This document shows positions 1 through 9,655 of a DNA stretch of 64,000 nucleotides, one piece after another. Below the pieces are notes generated by a model. That model worked only from the letters and a program-made list of their open reading frames with translations, did not search any database and had not been told where the DNA came from. How positions within the stretch are numbered: position 1 is the stretch's first letter; each line of letters begins with the position of its first letter. The position numbers and the translations under genes are program-made. The DNA is taken from the sequence record DRR723986_4969, one strand, 5' to 3'.

Positions 1-1494
1 ATACATGTTGAACTGCATCATCGCCACGACCTTGCCGAACTCGGGCACGAAGCGGCCGAGCACGCCGGTTTCGTTCATCTTGCGCAAGGTCTTTTCCGGC
101 GCGTGCCGGGAGGTCAGGATCGACAGGAAAAGCCGGTTCGCTTCAGGGTCGGCGCGCAGGCTCCCATCGACCAGCTTCAGCGAATGCCGCATCAGGCGGG
201 TCAGCTGCGGATGCATGTTGTAGTCATGCTTGTCCGCGATCTGGAACACCCGCAGGAGGTTGGTCGGATCGGTTTCGAACACGGTGTCGGATACCGCATT
301 CAGGCGGTTGTTCTCCACCACGAAGCCGGTCGCCCCTTCAACGGGCTTGGCGGTTGCCGAAACGCGGCCTGCGCGCAGGCGGCGCATCATGCCGGTCAGG
401 CCCTTGCCGCGCGGTTCCTTGACGTGCTCTTCTTCCAGCGCGGCGCAGATGATGCGGGTCAGATCGCCGACATCCTTGGCCACCAGGAAGTAGTGCTTCA
501 TGAAACGCTCGACATCCTTCATGCCCGGGTGCTGGGTGTAGCCAAGCCGGATCGCGATCTCGCGCTGGACATCGAAGGACAGGCGCTCTTCCGGCCGTCC
601 CGTCAGGAAATGCAGATGGCAGCGGACCGCCCACAGGAAGTCGTCAGACTTCTTGAACCGCGCGTATTCCGAGCGGGTCAGAACGCCTTTCTTGACCAGT
701 TCCGACTGTCTGTTGACCCGGTAATGGTACTTGGCGATCCAGAACAGGGTATTGAGATCGCGCAGACCGCCCTTGCCTTCCTTGATGTTCGGCTCGACCA
801 GGTAGCGCGAAGCGCCCTGGCGCTTGTGGCGGTCATCGCGTTCCAGCAGCTTGGCGGCGATGAATTCCGAGCTGGTGCCTTCGACCACTTCCTTGTCGAA
901 ACGCTGGACGAGTTCCTCGAAAAGGGCCTCGTCGCCCCAGATGTAGCGGGCTTCCAGAATGGCGGTGCGGATGGTCATGTCCGCCTTGGACAAGCGGATG
1001 CATTCATCGATATTGCGGGTCGCGTGGCCTACCTTGAAGCCCAGGTCCCAGAGCATGTAGAGGATATATTCCACCACCTGCTCGCCCCAGGGGGTCTGCT
1101 TGTACGGCAGCACGAACAGAAGATCGATGTCGGACCCCGGCGCCAGTGTGCCGCGGCCGTAACCGCCAACGGCGGCAATGGCCATGCGCTCCGCGGCGGA
1201 CGGGTTCTTGATCCGGTAGACGTGGTGCAGGGCGAAATCGTAGATCACGCGGATCAGCTCGTCCTGGATATAGGACAGCCGCCCGGCGCACAGCAGCCCG
1301 CCGCCGTCCTCGTCCAGCATCGCCTGGGCCTTGCCGCGAGCGTCTTTCACCACCTGCTTCAGCATCGCAAGAACAGCCGAGCGGGTCTTCATGTCCGAAC
1401 CTTCGCCGTCATTGCCGGCGGTCAGCGCGGTCAGGCGATTTCTCAGGTCATCGGCATCGATCAGTCCGGCAAGGTCTTCCTGGGAGAGTTTCAT
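1..1494 (-). CDS. glnD: [protein-PII] uridylyltransferase GlnD (5' part; runs off window start)
   Basis: Manual minus-strand translation from ATG at 1494: MKLSQEDLAGLID...AVGGYGRGTLAPGSDIDLLF (nucleotidyltransferase motif)...EPNIKEGKGGLRDL. Absent from the ORF track because it is truncated. Confidence 0.95.
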   Translation of the reverse strand, partial: MKLSQEDLAGLIDADDLRNRLTALTAGNDGEGSDMKTRSAVLAMLKQVVKDARGKAQAMLDEDGGGLLCAGRLSYIQDELIRVIYDFALHHVYRIKNPSAAERMAIAAVGGYGRGTLAPGSDIDLLFVLPYKQTPWGEQVVEYILYMLWDLGFKVGHATRNIDECIRLSKADMTIRTAILEARYIWGDEALFEELVQRFDKEVVEGTSSEFIAAKLLERDDRHKRQGASRYLVEPNIKEGKGGLRDLNTLFWIAKYHYRVNRQSELVKKGVLTRSEYARFKKSDDFLWAVRCHLHFLTGRPEERLSFDVQREIAIRLGYTQHPGMKDVERFMKHYFLVAKDVGDLTRIICAALEEEHVKEPRGKGLTGMMRRLRAGRVSATAKPVEGATGFVVENNRLNAVSDTVFETDPTNLLRVFQIADKHDYNMHPQLTRLMRHSLKLVDGSLRADPEANRLFLSILTSRHAPEKTLRKMNETGVLGRFVPEFGKVVAMMQFNMY

Positions 1495-1665
1495 ACTGGT
1501 CCAGTGTTCCGTTCAGCAGGCGCAGGTTTGCTGGAGGTTATATAGAGGATGGGGTTGAAGGACACGTAAATCCTGAACTGACCTGAAAGAGGCTGCGTTC
1601 CAAGCGGTACAGAAACAGCAATGCACCGCCATGCCATGGTTTGAACCTGGCGAGGGCATATGTCG

Positions 1666-2037
1666 TCACACACCGTCCTTCACGGCGGCAACCCGGAGCT
1701 GGTGCAGGAGGGCTGCAAGAGACTCTTCGGACAGGCCTCCTATCTTCAGCGCAAGCTGGTTGGCAAGTTCGGTGGCCTTCGGGTCCATGCCGGCCGTGTC
1801 GATGGTGACGCGCGGATCGGACAGTTCGGCCAGGCGCTGGATTTCTTCAGCTTCATCCCAGATGACGTTGAAATAGGTGATGATTCGCTGCACCAGAAAC
1901 CAGGTTGGCTTGCCGCGCTTGCCATGTTCCAGCGCGGACAGATAGGCACTGGATACCGACAAGGCCGCTGCCATTTCCTTCAGCGACACATCCCGTTTTA
2001 TCCTGAGTTCCCGGATTTTTGCGCCAAGTGGGGTCAC
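1666..2037 (-). CDS. XRE-family HTH transcriptional regulator
   Basis: TPLGAKIRELRIKRDVSLKEMAAALSVSSAYLSALEHGKRG is an HTH_3 pattern. GTG start at 2037 lies just downstream of the smr stop. Confidence 0.88.
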   Translation of the reverse strand: MTPLGAKIRELRIKRDVSLKEMAAALSVSSAYLSALEHGKRGKPTWFLVQRIITYFNVIWDEAEEIQRLAELSDPRVTIDTAGMDPKATELANQLALKIGGLSEESLAALLHQLRVAAVKDGV

Positions 2038-2041
2038 GGCC

Positions 2042-2611
2042 CTACCTTCTTTTTCGAATGCGAACGTACAGTGCGCCGCCGCCGCCGTGGTTCGCGTGGG
2101 CTTCCTCGTAGCCAAGTACCACGGATCGCAAGTCGGGCATCGACAGCCACTGGGGCACCATTCTGCGCAAAACGCCGCGCTCGTCCATATAGGCGCGTGC
2201 GTCACCGCTGCCCTTGCCCGTGATTACCAGCACAACCTTATGACTTCTCGCCTGCGCCTGGTAGAGAAAGCCGCGCAGCCGGTCATGCGCCTGATGCTGG
2301 GTCAGGCCGTGAAGGTCTATCCGCGCATCGATGGCCTTCACGCCGCGCACCAGCTTGCGGCGGTAGCGGTGTTCCAGCTGATGCAGCGGCAGCGGTGTTG
2401 GCGGCGCCTTGGCCGCAGCGGGAGCCTGGATCGCGGTCGCGGTTTTCAGCGCCTTTGCGGGTGCCGCCGGTTCGGTTTCGGTGATTTTCTCAAGCTCGGC
2501 CTTGAGGTCCTGAGCCCTGTCCGGATGCAGCGGCGTCAGGGTTTTGGCAACCTTGCCCCACAGTTCCCTGTCTTCCGGCGACAGTGTCCCTTTTTTGCCC
2601 CGTCTTGCCAT
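2042..2611 (-). CDS. Smr/MutS2 C-terminal domain protein
   Basis: IDLHGLT...VLVITGKG...HGGGGALYV Smr motifs. Confidence 0.93.
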   Translation of the reverse strand: MARRGKKGTLSPEDRELWGKVAKTLTPLHPDRAQDLKAELEKITETEPAAPAKALKTATAIQAPAAAKAPPTPLPLHQLEHRYRRKLVRGVKAIDARIDLHGLTQHQAHDRLRGFLYQAQARSHKVVLVITGKGSGDARAYMDERGVLRRMVPQWLSMPDLRSVVLGYEEAHANHGGGGALYVRIRKRR

Positions 2612-2614
2612 CTC

Positions 2615-3841
2615 TCAGTCCGCCGCCACACCAGCGGGACCAAGACGGATGTTCGGCACCAGGATCGTGAAGTCGGCCTTGTGGCGGATTTCTCCGGCAA
2701 TAGCGCCTGCCGTCTGCCCGGATCCGACGAAGATATCGCCCCGCGCTGGGCCCTTGATTGCCGATCCGGTGTCATCGGCCACCATCAGCCGCTGGAAAAC
2801 GCCTTCGTCGCTGTCGTGATCCTTCAGCGCGGAGGCGACGAAAACCAGGGACCCATAGGGAATGAAACTCGGATCGACCGCAAGGCTGCGGCCTGCCACA
2901 AGGGGAAGGCCCGCGGCCCCGACGGGCCCGTCGTTCACGCCGATTTCGTCGACCTCCCGGAAGAAGATGAAAGACCGGTTTTGCCGGAACAGCTGATCGC
3001 GCTCTTCCGGATGCGCTTCCAACCAGGCACGAAGTCCGGCAGCCGTGAAGTCCTCCGGCGTGCCTTCTCCGCGCGTCACCAGCAACCGGGCAATGCCGGT
3101 ATAGGGGTGGCCTGTCTTGCCCGCATAACCGACCCGCATCGCGCTTCCGTCCGCAAGACGCAGCCTTGCCGAGCCCTGAACATGTACGAAATAGGCGTCG
3201 ATCGGATCGGCAAGCCAGACGAGTTCGAGATTTTCCGGATCGAGCTTGCCATCCATGATGGCGCTCCGATCCGGCATTTCGGCGAAGCGACCATCAACCC
3301 GCCGTCCATGGCTGAGCGTTTCGGGCCAATCCTGTGGCCGGTTTTCCGGCGTGATCGCCTCCAGGCCTTCCGGTTTTTTGAGCAAGGGATACCGGAATAT
3401 CTCGGTTCTGACCCGCGAGGCGGCCAGTTCCGGCTCGAAATAGCCCGTCACAAATCCGCTCTGGGCAATTCGGTGCGGCGTGAACCGGCTTTCGAAAAAG
3501 TCTCGCGGTGCTTCATCACCGGACTTTGCCGCCTTTTCGGCGTCGTTACAGAGCTTTTGCAGGTCTGCTGCGGCGATGGAGGGAAAAACGGTGTCCTGGG
3601 TCAGGATTTCCGGTTTGCGGCACAGGCGCAGAAAACTGGCAAGGGCGGCGGCATGATCGTCGTTCAGCCAGCCCGGCAGACTGGAGAAGGAGATTGCTTC
3701 GAACCGGTCCGGGATCCGTTGGCCTGGTACCATGGCTGAGGCAGCTCCTGAAAAGAAAAGCGGCGCGGCCAGAACCGCGCCCTTTAGCAGTGGGACAAGC
3801 CGGAAGCCCGGCCGGGGCCGCGTGTTCCGCTTGCCCTGCAT
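2615..3841 (-). CDS. mltA: Lytic murein transglycosylase MltA
   Basis: VTGYFEP, VHVQGSARL, DTGSAIKGPARGDIFVGSG (3D domain); conserved tim44-mltA-smr order. Confidence 0.93.
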   Translation of the reverse strand: MQGKRNTRPRPGFRLVPLLKGAVLAAPLFFSGAASAMVPGQRIPDRFEAISFSSLPGWLNDDHAAALASFLRLCRKPEILTQDTVFPSIAAADLQKLCNDAEKAAKSGDEAPRDFFESRFTPHRIAQSGFVTGYFEPELAASRVRTEIFRYPLLKKPEGLEAITPENRPQDWPETLSHGRRVDGRFAEMPDRSAIMDGKLDPENLELVWLADPIDAYFVHVQGSARLRLADGSAMRVGYAGKTGHPYTGIARLLVTRGEGTPEDFTAAGLRAWLEAHPEERDQLFRQNRSFIFFREVDEIGVNDGPVGAAGLPLVAGRSLAVDPSFIPYGSLVFVASALKDHDSDEGVFQRLMVADDTGSAIKGPARGDIFVGSGQTAGAIAGEIRHKADFTILVPNIRLGPAGVAAD

Positions 3842-3846
3842 CGTGA

Positions 3847-4575
3847 TTACTCTGCGGATTCGGTCGCGACCAGCTTCCAGTTCGGATCGCGGGATGTGGT
3901 GTCCCGGGCGAAGGTCCAGATGTCGATCACTTCGCTTACCTTGGCCGGATCGCCGTCGACCACTTCACCGGCCTTGTCGCGCGTGGCGGAAATCAGCTGG
4001 CTGTGGATCTTCACGGTTACCTGGGCGGTCGAATTCTTCAGTGCAGCTTCGACGATTTCGGCCTTGTCGATGCCGACAAAGGTCGATTCGATGGTCTCGC
4101 CACGCTTTTCGCGATCGTCGATTGCGGTGACGAAGCCTTCATAGACTTCGCGGGACAGAAGGTTCTTCAGCGCTTTCTTGTCGCCGTCCGCAAACGCCAT
4201 CACGATCATCTCGTAGGCGGCGCGTGCGCCTTCCAGGAAAGGTTCCGGCTCGAAGCTGCGGTCAACGGACAGGATTTGCTTCAGGGCGCTGTTCAATGCG
4301 GAGCCCGCCGGGGCAACCTTGTCGATCACGACGTCGCCACCACGACCGCTCTCCTCGACCGGCTCGGCCTCCAGCGTGGTCTGGTTCGGCATCGGGATGA
4401 CATTGTCCTGATCGTTGCCGTTTTTGCGTTCGCGCGGCTGATCGGGCTTGGAATAGGGGTCGAATGGCGGGCGCTCATTGCCGGTGCGTTTGCCCAGCAC
4501 CGATCGCAGTCTGAACAGAATGAAAACCGCAAGTCCCATCAGGAGGAGGTTCAACGGGTCAAAAATCTCGTTCAT
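3847..4575 (-). CDS. Tim44/TimA family protein
   Basis: N-terminal TM followed by RLRSVLGKRTG; FLEGARAAYEMIV; C-terminal DIWTFAR...PNWKL. Confidence 0.92.
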   Translation of the reverse strand: MNEIFDPLNLLLMGLAVFILFRLRSVLGKRTGNERPPFDPYSKPDQPRERKNGNDQDNVIPMPNQTTLEAEPVEESGRGGDVVIDKVAPAGSALNSALKQILSVDRSFEPEPFLEGARAAYEMIVMAFADGDKKALKNLLSREVYEGFVTAIDDREKRGETIESTFVGIDKAEIVEAALKNSTAQVTVKIHSQLISATRDKAGEVVDGDPAKVSEVIDIWTFARDTTSRDPNWKLVATESAE

Positions 4576-4813
4576 CGTAACTTCCGGTTACCCTTTTTGA
4601 GGCCCTAGAGCCGCCTGCTCCAACTGCCAGGTGAGCGCAGCCTCGTACGCAAGGCCTGTCTGCTTCCTATTTAAGGGGTCCTTGAACCAGCATCCAGACC
4701 CAAGAGCAAGACTGAATCTTTGCATTCATAGCCATTTCGTGACTGCCTGCTCGCATTTTTGCGAGTGAATGTCTACCTTAGGTCCGAATAGCTTATCAGA
4801 CGATGGAGCTCCC

Positions 4814-5326
4814 GTGGGACTTTATATCATTGCCGCAATTCTTCTTCTGCCCCTGATCGAGATTGCGATGTTCATCTGGGTGGGAGGCTTGATCGGTGTG
4901 TTCCCGACAATCCTGCTGACGGTGATCACCGCGTTGGCCGGGACAGTGATGCTGCGCCAGCAGGGCCTGTCACTGCTGATGCGCATGCAAACGGAGCTGG
5001 ATGCCGGCCGCACACCCGGAAACGAGGTGATGCAGGGTGCAATGATCGTTCTTGCCAGCATTCTGCTGCTGATCCCGGGTTTCGTCACGGATGCCATCGG
5101 CCTGCTCCTGTTCATACCGCCGGTGCGCGAAGCGCTGGCGCGGTTCATCATTGCCCGATCGAACGTCGTTATCGTCGATGGCGGCGGCGGTATGCGCCGG
5201 CCGGATGACGGCGTCGTGGATCTGGACGAAGGCGACTGGAGCGAAAAAAACAGCGGCACGGGTGGTGGCTCCGGCCAGCCGAAGCTCAGCCCCTGGCAGG
5301 ATGGCTCTGATAACGCGAAGCCCTGA
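4814..5326 (+). CDS. fxsA: FxsA family membrane protein
   Basis: PLIEIAMFIWVG...LLLIPGFVTDAIG; divergent from tim44; GTG start after GGAG. Confidence 0.9.
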   Translation: MGLYIIAAILLLPLIEIAMFIWVGGLIGVFPTILLTVITALAGTVMLRQQGLSLLMRMQTELDAGRTPGNEVMQGAMIVLASILLLIPGFVTDAIGLLLFIPPVREALARFIIARSNVVIVDGGGGMRRPDDGVVDLDEGDWSEKNSGTGGGSGQPKLSPWQDGSDNAKP

Positions 5327-5444
5327 TTTTCCAAACGCTCACTAAAACGTGACTGCTGGTGTATGCGTAAAATTTACCAGTCAAGGTTATGTATGCGCTG
5401 AATTGGACCCGAAACCGGACTGAAGCGGAGCAGGCAGCGGGAGA

Positions 5445-6476
5445 ATGAGCGCCAGGCGTGTAGATTGGGTGGATACCGCCAAGGGCATCTGCATCATCTT
5501 CGTCGTGATGATGCATTCGGTGCTCGGCGTGGAAGCCGCCGCTGGCCAGACAGGCTGGATGCATGTGGTCGTCGCCTTTGCAGCCCCCTTCCGCATGCCG
5601 GATTTTTTCCTGATCTCCGGCCTGTTCCTGTCGAACGTCATTACCCGCGACTGGAAACTCTATCTTGATCGCAAGGTCGTCCACTTTGCCTACTTTTATG
5701 TGCTGTGGATGACGATCCAGTTTTTGGTGAAAGCGCCCGTCTTCATCGAGGAGACCAGCGTTCGCGAAACGGTGGAACTTTATTTCCTGAGTTTCATCGA
5801 GCCCTTCGGTACCTTGTGGTTCATCTACATGCTGCCGGTCTTCTTCATCGTGTCGAAGGTCGCCCACGACAAGGGTGTGCCTTGGCAACTGGTTCTGGCC
5901 GTCGGCGCACTTCTGCAGATCGCGCCGATCCACACCGGCTGGCTGCTGGTCGATGAATTCGCTGCCCGTTTCGTTTTCTTCTATGCCGGCTTCGTTTTTG
6001 CTCCGCAGATCTTCGCCCTGGCCGACTGGGCGCGCGAGCGGATCGGGATCAGTCTCGCGTGTCTGCTGGTCTGGGGCCTGGTGAACGGCACGCTGGTCTA
6101 TGCCGGCTGGGCGCATCTGCCGGTCATTGCCCTTGTTCTAGGCGCGGCCGGTGCAGGTGCCATCATCCTCACGAGCGCGTTGATCGTGAAATGGGGTCGG
6201 CTCGGTTTCCTCCAGCATTTCGGCGAAAACTCGATCGTCATCTATCTCGCCTTCTTCTTCCCCATGGGCGTGACGCGGGTGATTCTGCTGAAGCTGGGCA
6301 TCCTTGATATCGGCACAACGTCGTTGATCGTGACGCTGGTTGCGTCGGTCAGTCCGATGATCCTGTTCTGGCTGATCCGCCGCACGAACATCGGCTGGTT
6401 CCTGTTCCGCAGGCCCGCCTGGGCCTATCTCAGCGGAACCTTTGGCGGGAAACGTCAGGCACAGGCAGCTGAGTGA
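5445..6476 (+). CDS. Acyltransferase-3 family membrane protein
   Basis: RVDWVDTAKGICIIFVVMMH, FRMPDFFLISG, LWFIYML; about 10 TM helices. Confidence 0.88.
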   Translation: MSARRVDWVDTAKGICIIFVVMMHSVLGVEAAAGQTGWMHVVVAFAAPFRMPDFFLISGLFLSNVITRDWKLYLDRKVVHFAYFYVLWMTIQFLVKAPVFIEETSVRETVELYFLSFIEPFGTLWFIYMLPVFFIVSKVAHDKGVPWQLVLAVGALLQIAPIHTGWLLVDEFAARFVFFYAGFVFAPQIFALADWARERIGISLACLLVWGLVNGTLVYAGWAHLPVIALVLGAAGAGAIILTSALIVKWGRLGFLQHFGENSIVIYLAFFFPMGVTRVILLKLGILDIGTTSLIVTLVASVSPMILFWLIRRTNIGWFLFRRPAWAYLSGTFGGKRQAQAAE

Positions 6477-6543
6477 TCGGCAAGCTTGGAATTTTTAACT
6501 TTAGGACTTTTCTCCAGAACAGGCTGCGGGCATGATCCGCGCC

Positions 6544-9522
6544 ATGTCGACGCAAAGCACCTCCTCCGCCCTCACCGCCGATGACCATCTCATCCTGGTC
6601 GACGGGTCCACGTTCATATTTCGCGCCTATCACGCGCTGCCGCCGCTGACGCGCAAGCCGGACGGGCTTCCTGTCGGGGCGGTTTCTGGCTTCTGCAACA
6701 TGCTGTGGAAGCTGCTGCAGGAAGGCCTGACACCGGAGGAAGGCGACGAGCCCACCCATTTCGCGGTGATCTTCGACCATTCCGCGCAGACATTCCGGAA
6801 CGAGATTTATCCGGAATACAAGGCCCACCGGCCGGACCCGCCGGAAGATCTGGTGCCGCAGTTCGGTCTTATCCGCGAAGCGACACGCGCCTTTTCGGTT
6901 CACTGCATCGAGCAGGAAGGCTTCGAGGCGGACGACCTGATCGCGACCTATGCCCGTGAGGCTGCCGAACAGGGCGCGCGCGTCACCATCGTTTCAGGCG
7001 ACAAGGACCTGATGCAGTTGATCGGCCCGAAGGTGGGCATGATCGACACCATGAAGAACAAGACCTTCGGCGAAGCCGAGGTGTTCGAGAAATTCGGCGT
7101 CGGTCCCGACAAGGTCATCGAGGTGCAATCGCTGGCGGGCGACAGCGTCGATAACGTGCCCGGCGTGCCGGGTATCGGTCTGAAGACCGCGGCCCTCTTG
7201 ATCAATGAATTCGGCGATCTGGAAACGCTGCTCGCCAAGGCCGACACGATCAAACAGAACAAGCGCCGGGAAAACCTGATCGAATTTGCCGATCAGGCGC
7301 GAATTTCCAGGCAGCTCGTGACCCTCAAGCAGGATGTGCCGGTCAAGGTGCCGGTGGGCGAATTGTCGGTTACAGATGTTGACGGACCCAAGGCGCTCGG
7401 CTTCCTGAAGGCGATGGGGTTCACCACCCTCACCCGGCGCGTTGCGGATGTGACCGGTGCCGATCTGGATACGGTCGATGCATCGGACCTCAAGGTTCCG
7501 GGATGGGATGTTCCGGACCACAAGGGCCGGATGATGGAGCGCACAGCCGGCAGTGACAGCGCGGGTTCGGAAGCTGCAAAAACCCCGGGCGACGCTGATC
7601 CGGACAACTCCGGCCTGCTGGTACCGCAGACCGTTGCCGATGCACGCGCCCAGACGATCCGGGCGATCCCGGTCGACAGCAGCGCCTATGAAACCGTCAC
7701 CAGCCTCGACCGCTTGAAGGAATGGTGCGACGCGGCCTTTGAAAAGGGCTACGTCGCCTTCGACACCGAAACGACATCGCTGGACGCCATGCAGGCAGAG
7801 CTTGTCGGTGTTTCGCTGTCCACCGAGCCCGGCAAGGCCTGTTATGTGCCGCTTGGCCACGTCGACGGCGAGGGTGATCTTCTTGGCGGTGGCGGTCTTG
7901 TCGAAGGCCAGATCCCGCTGAAAGACGCGCTGGAAGTGCTGAAGCCGATGCTGGAGGACCGTTCGGTTCTCAAGATCGCGCAGAACCTCAAGTACGACTG
8001 GCTGGTGATGACACGGTACGGTGTCGACATCACGCCGTACGACGACACGATGCTGCTGTCCTACACGGTCGATGCCGGCAAGGGCGGCAACGGCATGGAC
8101 GAACTGTCCGAGCGCTGGCTCGATCACAAGCCGATCCCGTTCAAGGAAATCTGCGGCTCCGGCAAGTCGATGATCACCTTCGACAAGGTCGCCATCGACA
8201 AGGCAACCGCCTATGCGGCGGAAGACGCCGATGTGACGCTTCGTCTCTGGCTGATCCTGAAGCCGAGGCTCGCTTCCGAACGTATGGCGACCGCCTACGA
8301 GACGCTGGAACGGCCGATGGTGCCGGTGCTTGCGCGCATGGAAAAGCGCGGCATCTCCGTCGACCGTCAGATGTTGTCGCGCCTTTCGGGTGAATTCGCG
8401 CAAGGCATGGCGGGCAAGGAAGCCGAGATTTACGAGCTTGCCGGTGAAAGCTTCAACATCGGTTCGCCCAAGCAGCTTGGTGATATCCTGTTCGGCAAGA
8501 TGGGTCTTCCCGGCGGCAAGAAGACAAAGACCGGCGCCTGGTCGACTTCGGCGCAGGTTCTGGAAGATCTGGCCGCGGAAGGGCACGAACTGCCGTCGCG
8601 GATCGTTTCCTGGCGCCAGCTTTCCAAGCTGAAATCCACCTACACCGACGCCCTGCCCGGTTACATCAATCCGGAAACGGGGCGTGTGCACACATCCTAC
8701 GCGCTGGCGGCAACCACCACCGGGCGCCTGTCCTCGTCGGAACCGAACCTGCAGAATATCCCGGTTCGGACCGAGGAAGGCCGCAAGATCCGCAAGGCCT
8801 TCATCGCCGAAAAGGGTCACAAGCTGATCTCGGCCGACTACAGCCAGATCGAGCTGCGCGTCCTGGCGCATATGGCCGATATTCCTCAGTTGAAGAAGGC
8901 GTTCGATGACGGGCTGGACATTCACGCCATGACGGCAAGCGAAATGTTCGGTACGCCGATCGAAGGCATGGACCCGATGGTCCGCCGCCGGGCGAAGGCG
9001 ATCAACTTCGGCATCATCTACGGCATTTCCGCATTCGGCCTCGCCAACCAGCTCGGCATCTCGCGCGGCGAAGCGGGCGACTATATCAAGACCTATTTCG
9101 AGCGTTTCCCGGGCATCAAGGACTACATGGAAGCGACCAAGAAGCAGGTTCATGCGAACGGCTACGTGACCACGATCTTCGGCCGCAAGGCGCATTATCC
9201 GGAAGTGAACACCAAGAACCCGAACATGCGCGCCTTCTATGAACGCGCCGCCATCAACGCCCCGATCCAGGGGTCTGCCGCGGATATCCTGCGCCGGGCG
9301 ATGGTGCGTATGGAAAACCGGCTGGAAGGCTCAAAGCTGGATGCGCAGATGCTGCTGCAGGTGCATGACGAACTGATCTTCGAAGTGCCGGACGCGCAGG
9401 TGGAATCCACCATTCCGGTGATCAGGGACGTGATGGAAAATGCCTGCGATCCGGCGCTGAAACTTTCCGTGCCGCTTCAGGTCGATGCCCGCGCCGCCGA
9501 CAATTGGGACGAAGCGCATTAG
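6544..9522 (+). CDS. polA: DNA polymerase I
   Basis: 5'-3' exonuclease (LVDGSTFIFRAYHA), 3'-5' exonuclease (FDTETT), polymerase motifs ADYSQIELR, AKAINFGIIYG, LQVHDEL. Confidence 0.99.
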   Translation: MSTQSTSSALTADDHLILVDGSTFIFRAYHALPPLTRKPDGLPVGAVSGFCNMLWKLLQEGLTPEEGDEPTHFAVIFDHSAQTFRNEIYPEYKAHRPDPPEDLVPQFGLIREATRAFSVHCIEQEGFEADDLIATYAREAAEQGARVTIVSGDKDLMQLIGPKVGMIDTMKNKTFGEAEVFEKFGVGPDKVIEVQSLAGDSVDNVPGVPGIGLKTAALLINEFGDLETLLAKADTIKQNKRRENLIEFADQARISRQLVTLKQDVPVKVPVGELSVTDVDGPKALGFLKAMGFTTLTRRVADVTGADLDTVDASDLKVPGWDVPDHKGRMMERTAGSDSAGSEAAKTPGDADPDNSGLLVPQTVADARAQTIRAIPVDSSAYETVTSLDRLKEWCDAAFEKGYVAFDTETTSLDAMQAELVGVSLSTEPGKACYVPLGHVDGEGDLLGGGGLVEGQIPLKDALEVLKPMLEDRSVLKIAQNLKYDWLVMTRYGVDITPYDDTMLLSYTVDAGKGGNGMDELSERWLDHKPIPFKEICGSGKSMITFDKVAIDKATAYAAEDADVTLRLWLILKPRLASERMATAYETLERPMVPVLARMEKRGISVDRQMLSRLSGEFAQGMAGKEAEIYELAGESFNIGSPKQLGDILFGKMGLPGGKKTKTGAWSTSAQVLEDLAAEGHELPSRIVSWRQLSKLKSTYTDALPGYINPETGRVHTSYALAATTTGRLSSSEPNLQNIPVRTEEGRKIRKAFIAEKGHKLISADYSQIELRVLAHMADIPQLKKAFDDGLDIHAMTASEMFGTPIEGMDPMVRRRAKAINFGIIYGISAFGLANQLGISRGEAGDYIKTYFERFPGIKDYMEATKKQVHANGYVTTIFGRKAHYPEVNTKNPNMRAFYERAAINAPIQGSAADILRRAMVRMENRLEGSKLDAQMLLQVHDELIFEVPDAQVESTIPVIRDVMENACDPALKLSVPLQVDARAADNWDEAH

Positions 9523-9625
9523 AGCGCATTGTGTTTAACCTGAAAAAATCCTGCATCGCTTTTTGCGTTGAAATCTCTGATTTCAGACTGCGAAAAGCGA
9601 TGCCGACAAAACGCGATTTGCTCTG
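9520..9625. repeat. ~106-bp palindromic MITE-like element (TAGAGC...GCTCTG ends)
   Basis: Starts at the polA TAG stop and ends at GCTCTG 9620-9625. Internal hairpin GCATCGCTTTT(9553-9563)/AAAAGCGATGC(9593-9603) with inner TGAAATC/GATTTCA. Confidence 0.55.
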
Positions 9626-9655
9626 GGTGCCTCAGTCCCGACAAGAGAGCAGGCC

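Noticed and set aside
103-1545. 480-aa plus-strand ORF
   Set aside because: Antisense shadow of glnD, which carries the real motifs on the minus strand.
6994-9195. 733-aa minus-strand ORF, and similar long ORFs such as 2087-3739, 37730-39172, 43361-44497, 48142-49392 and 61295-62659
   Set aside because: Antisense mirrors of well-supported genes, as expected from high-GC codon bias; no motifs of their own.
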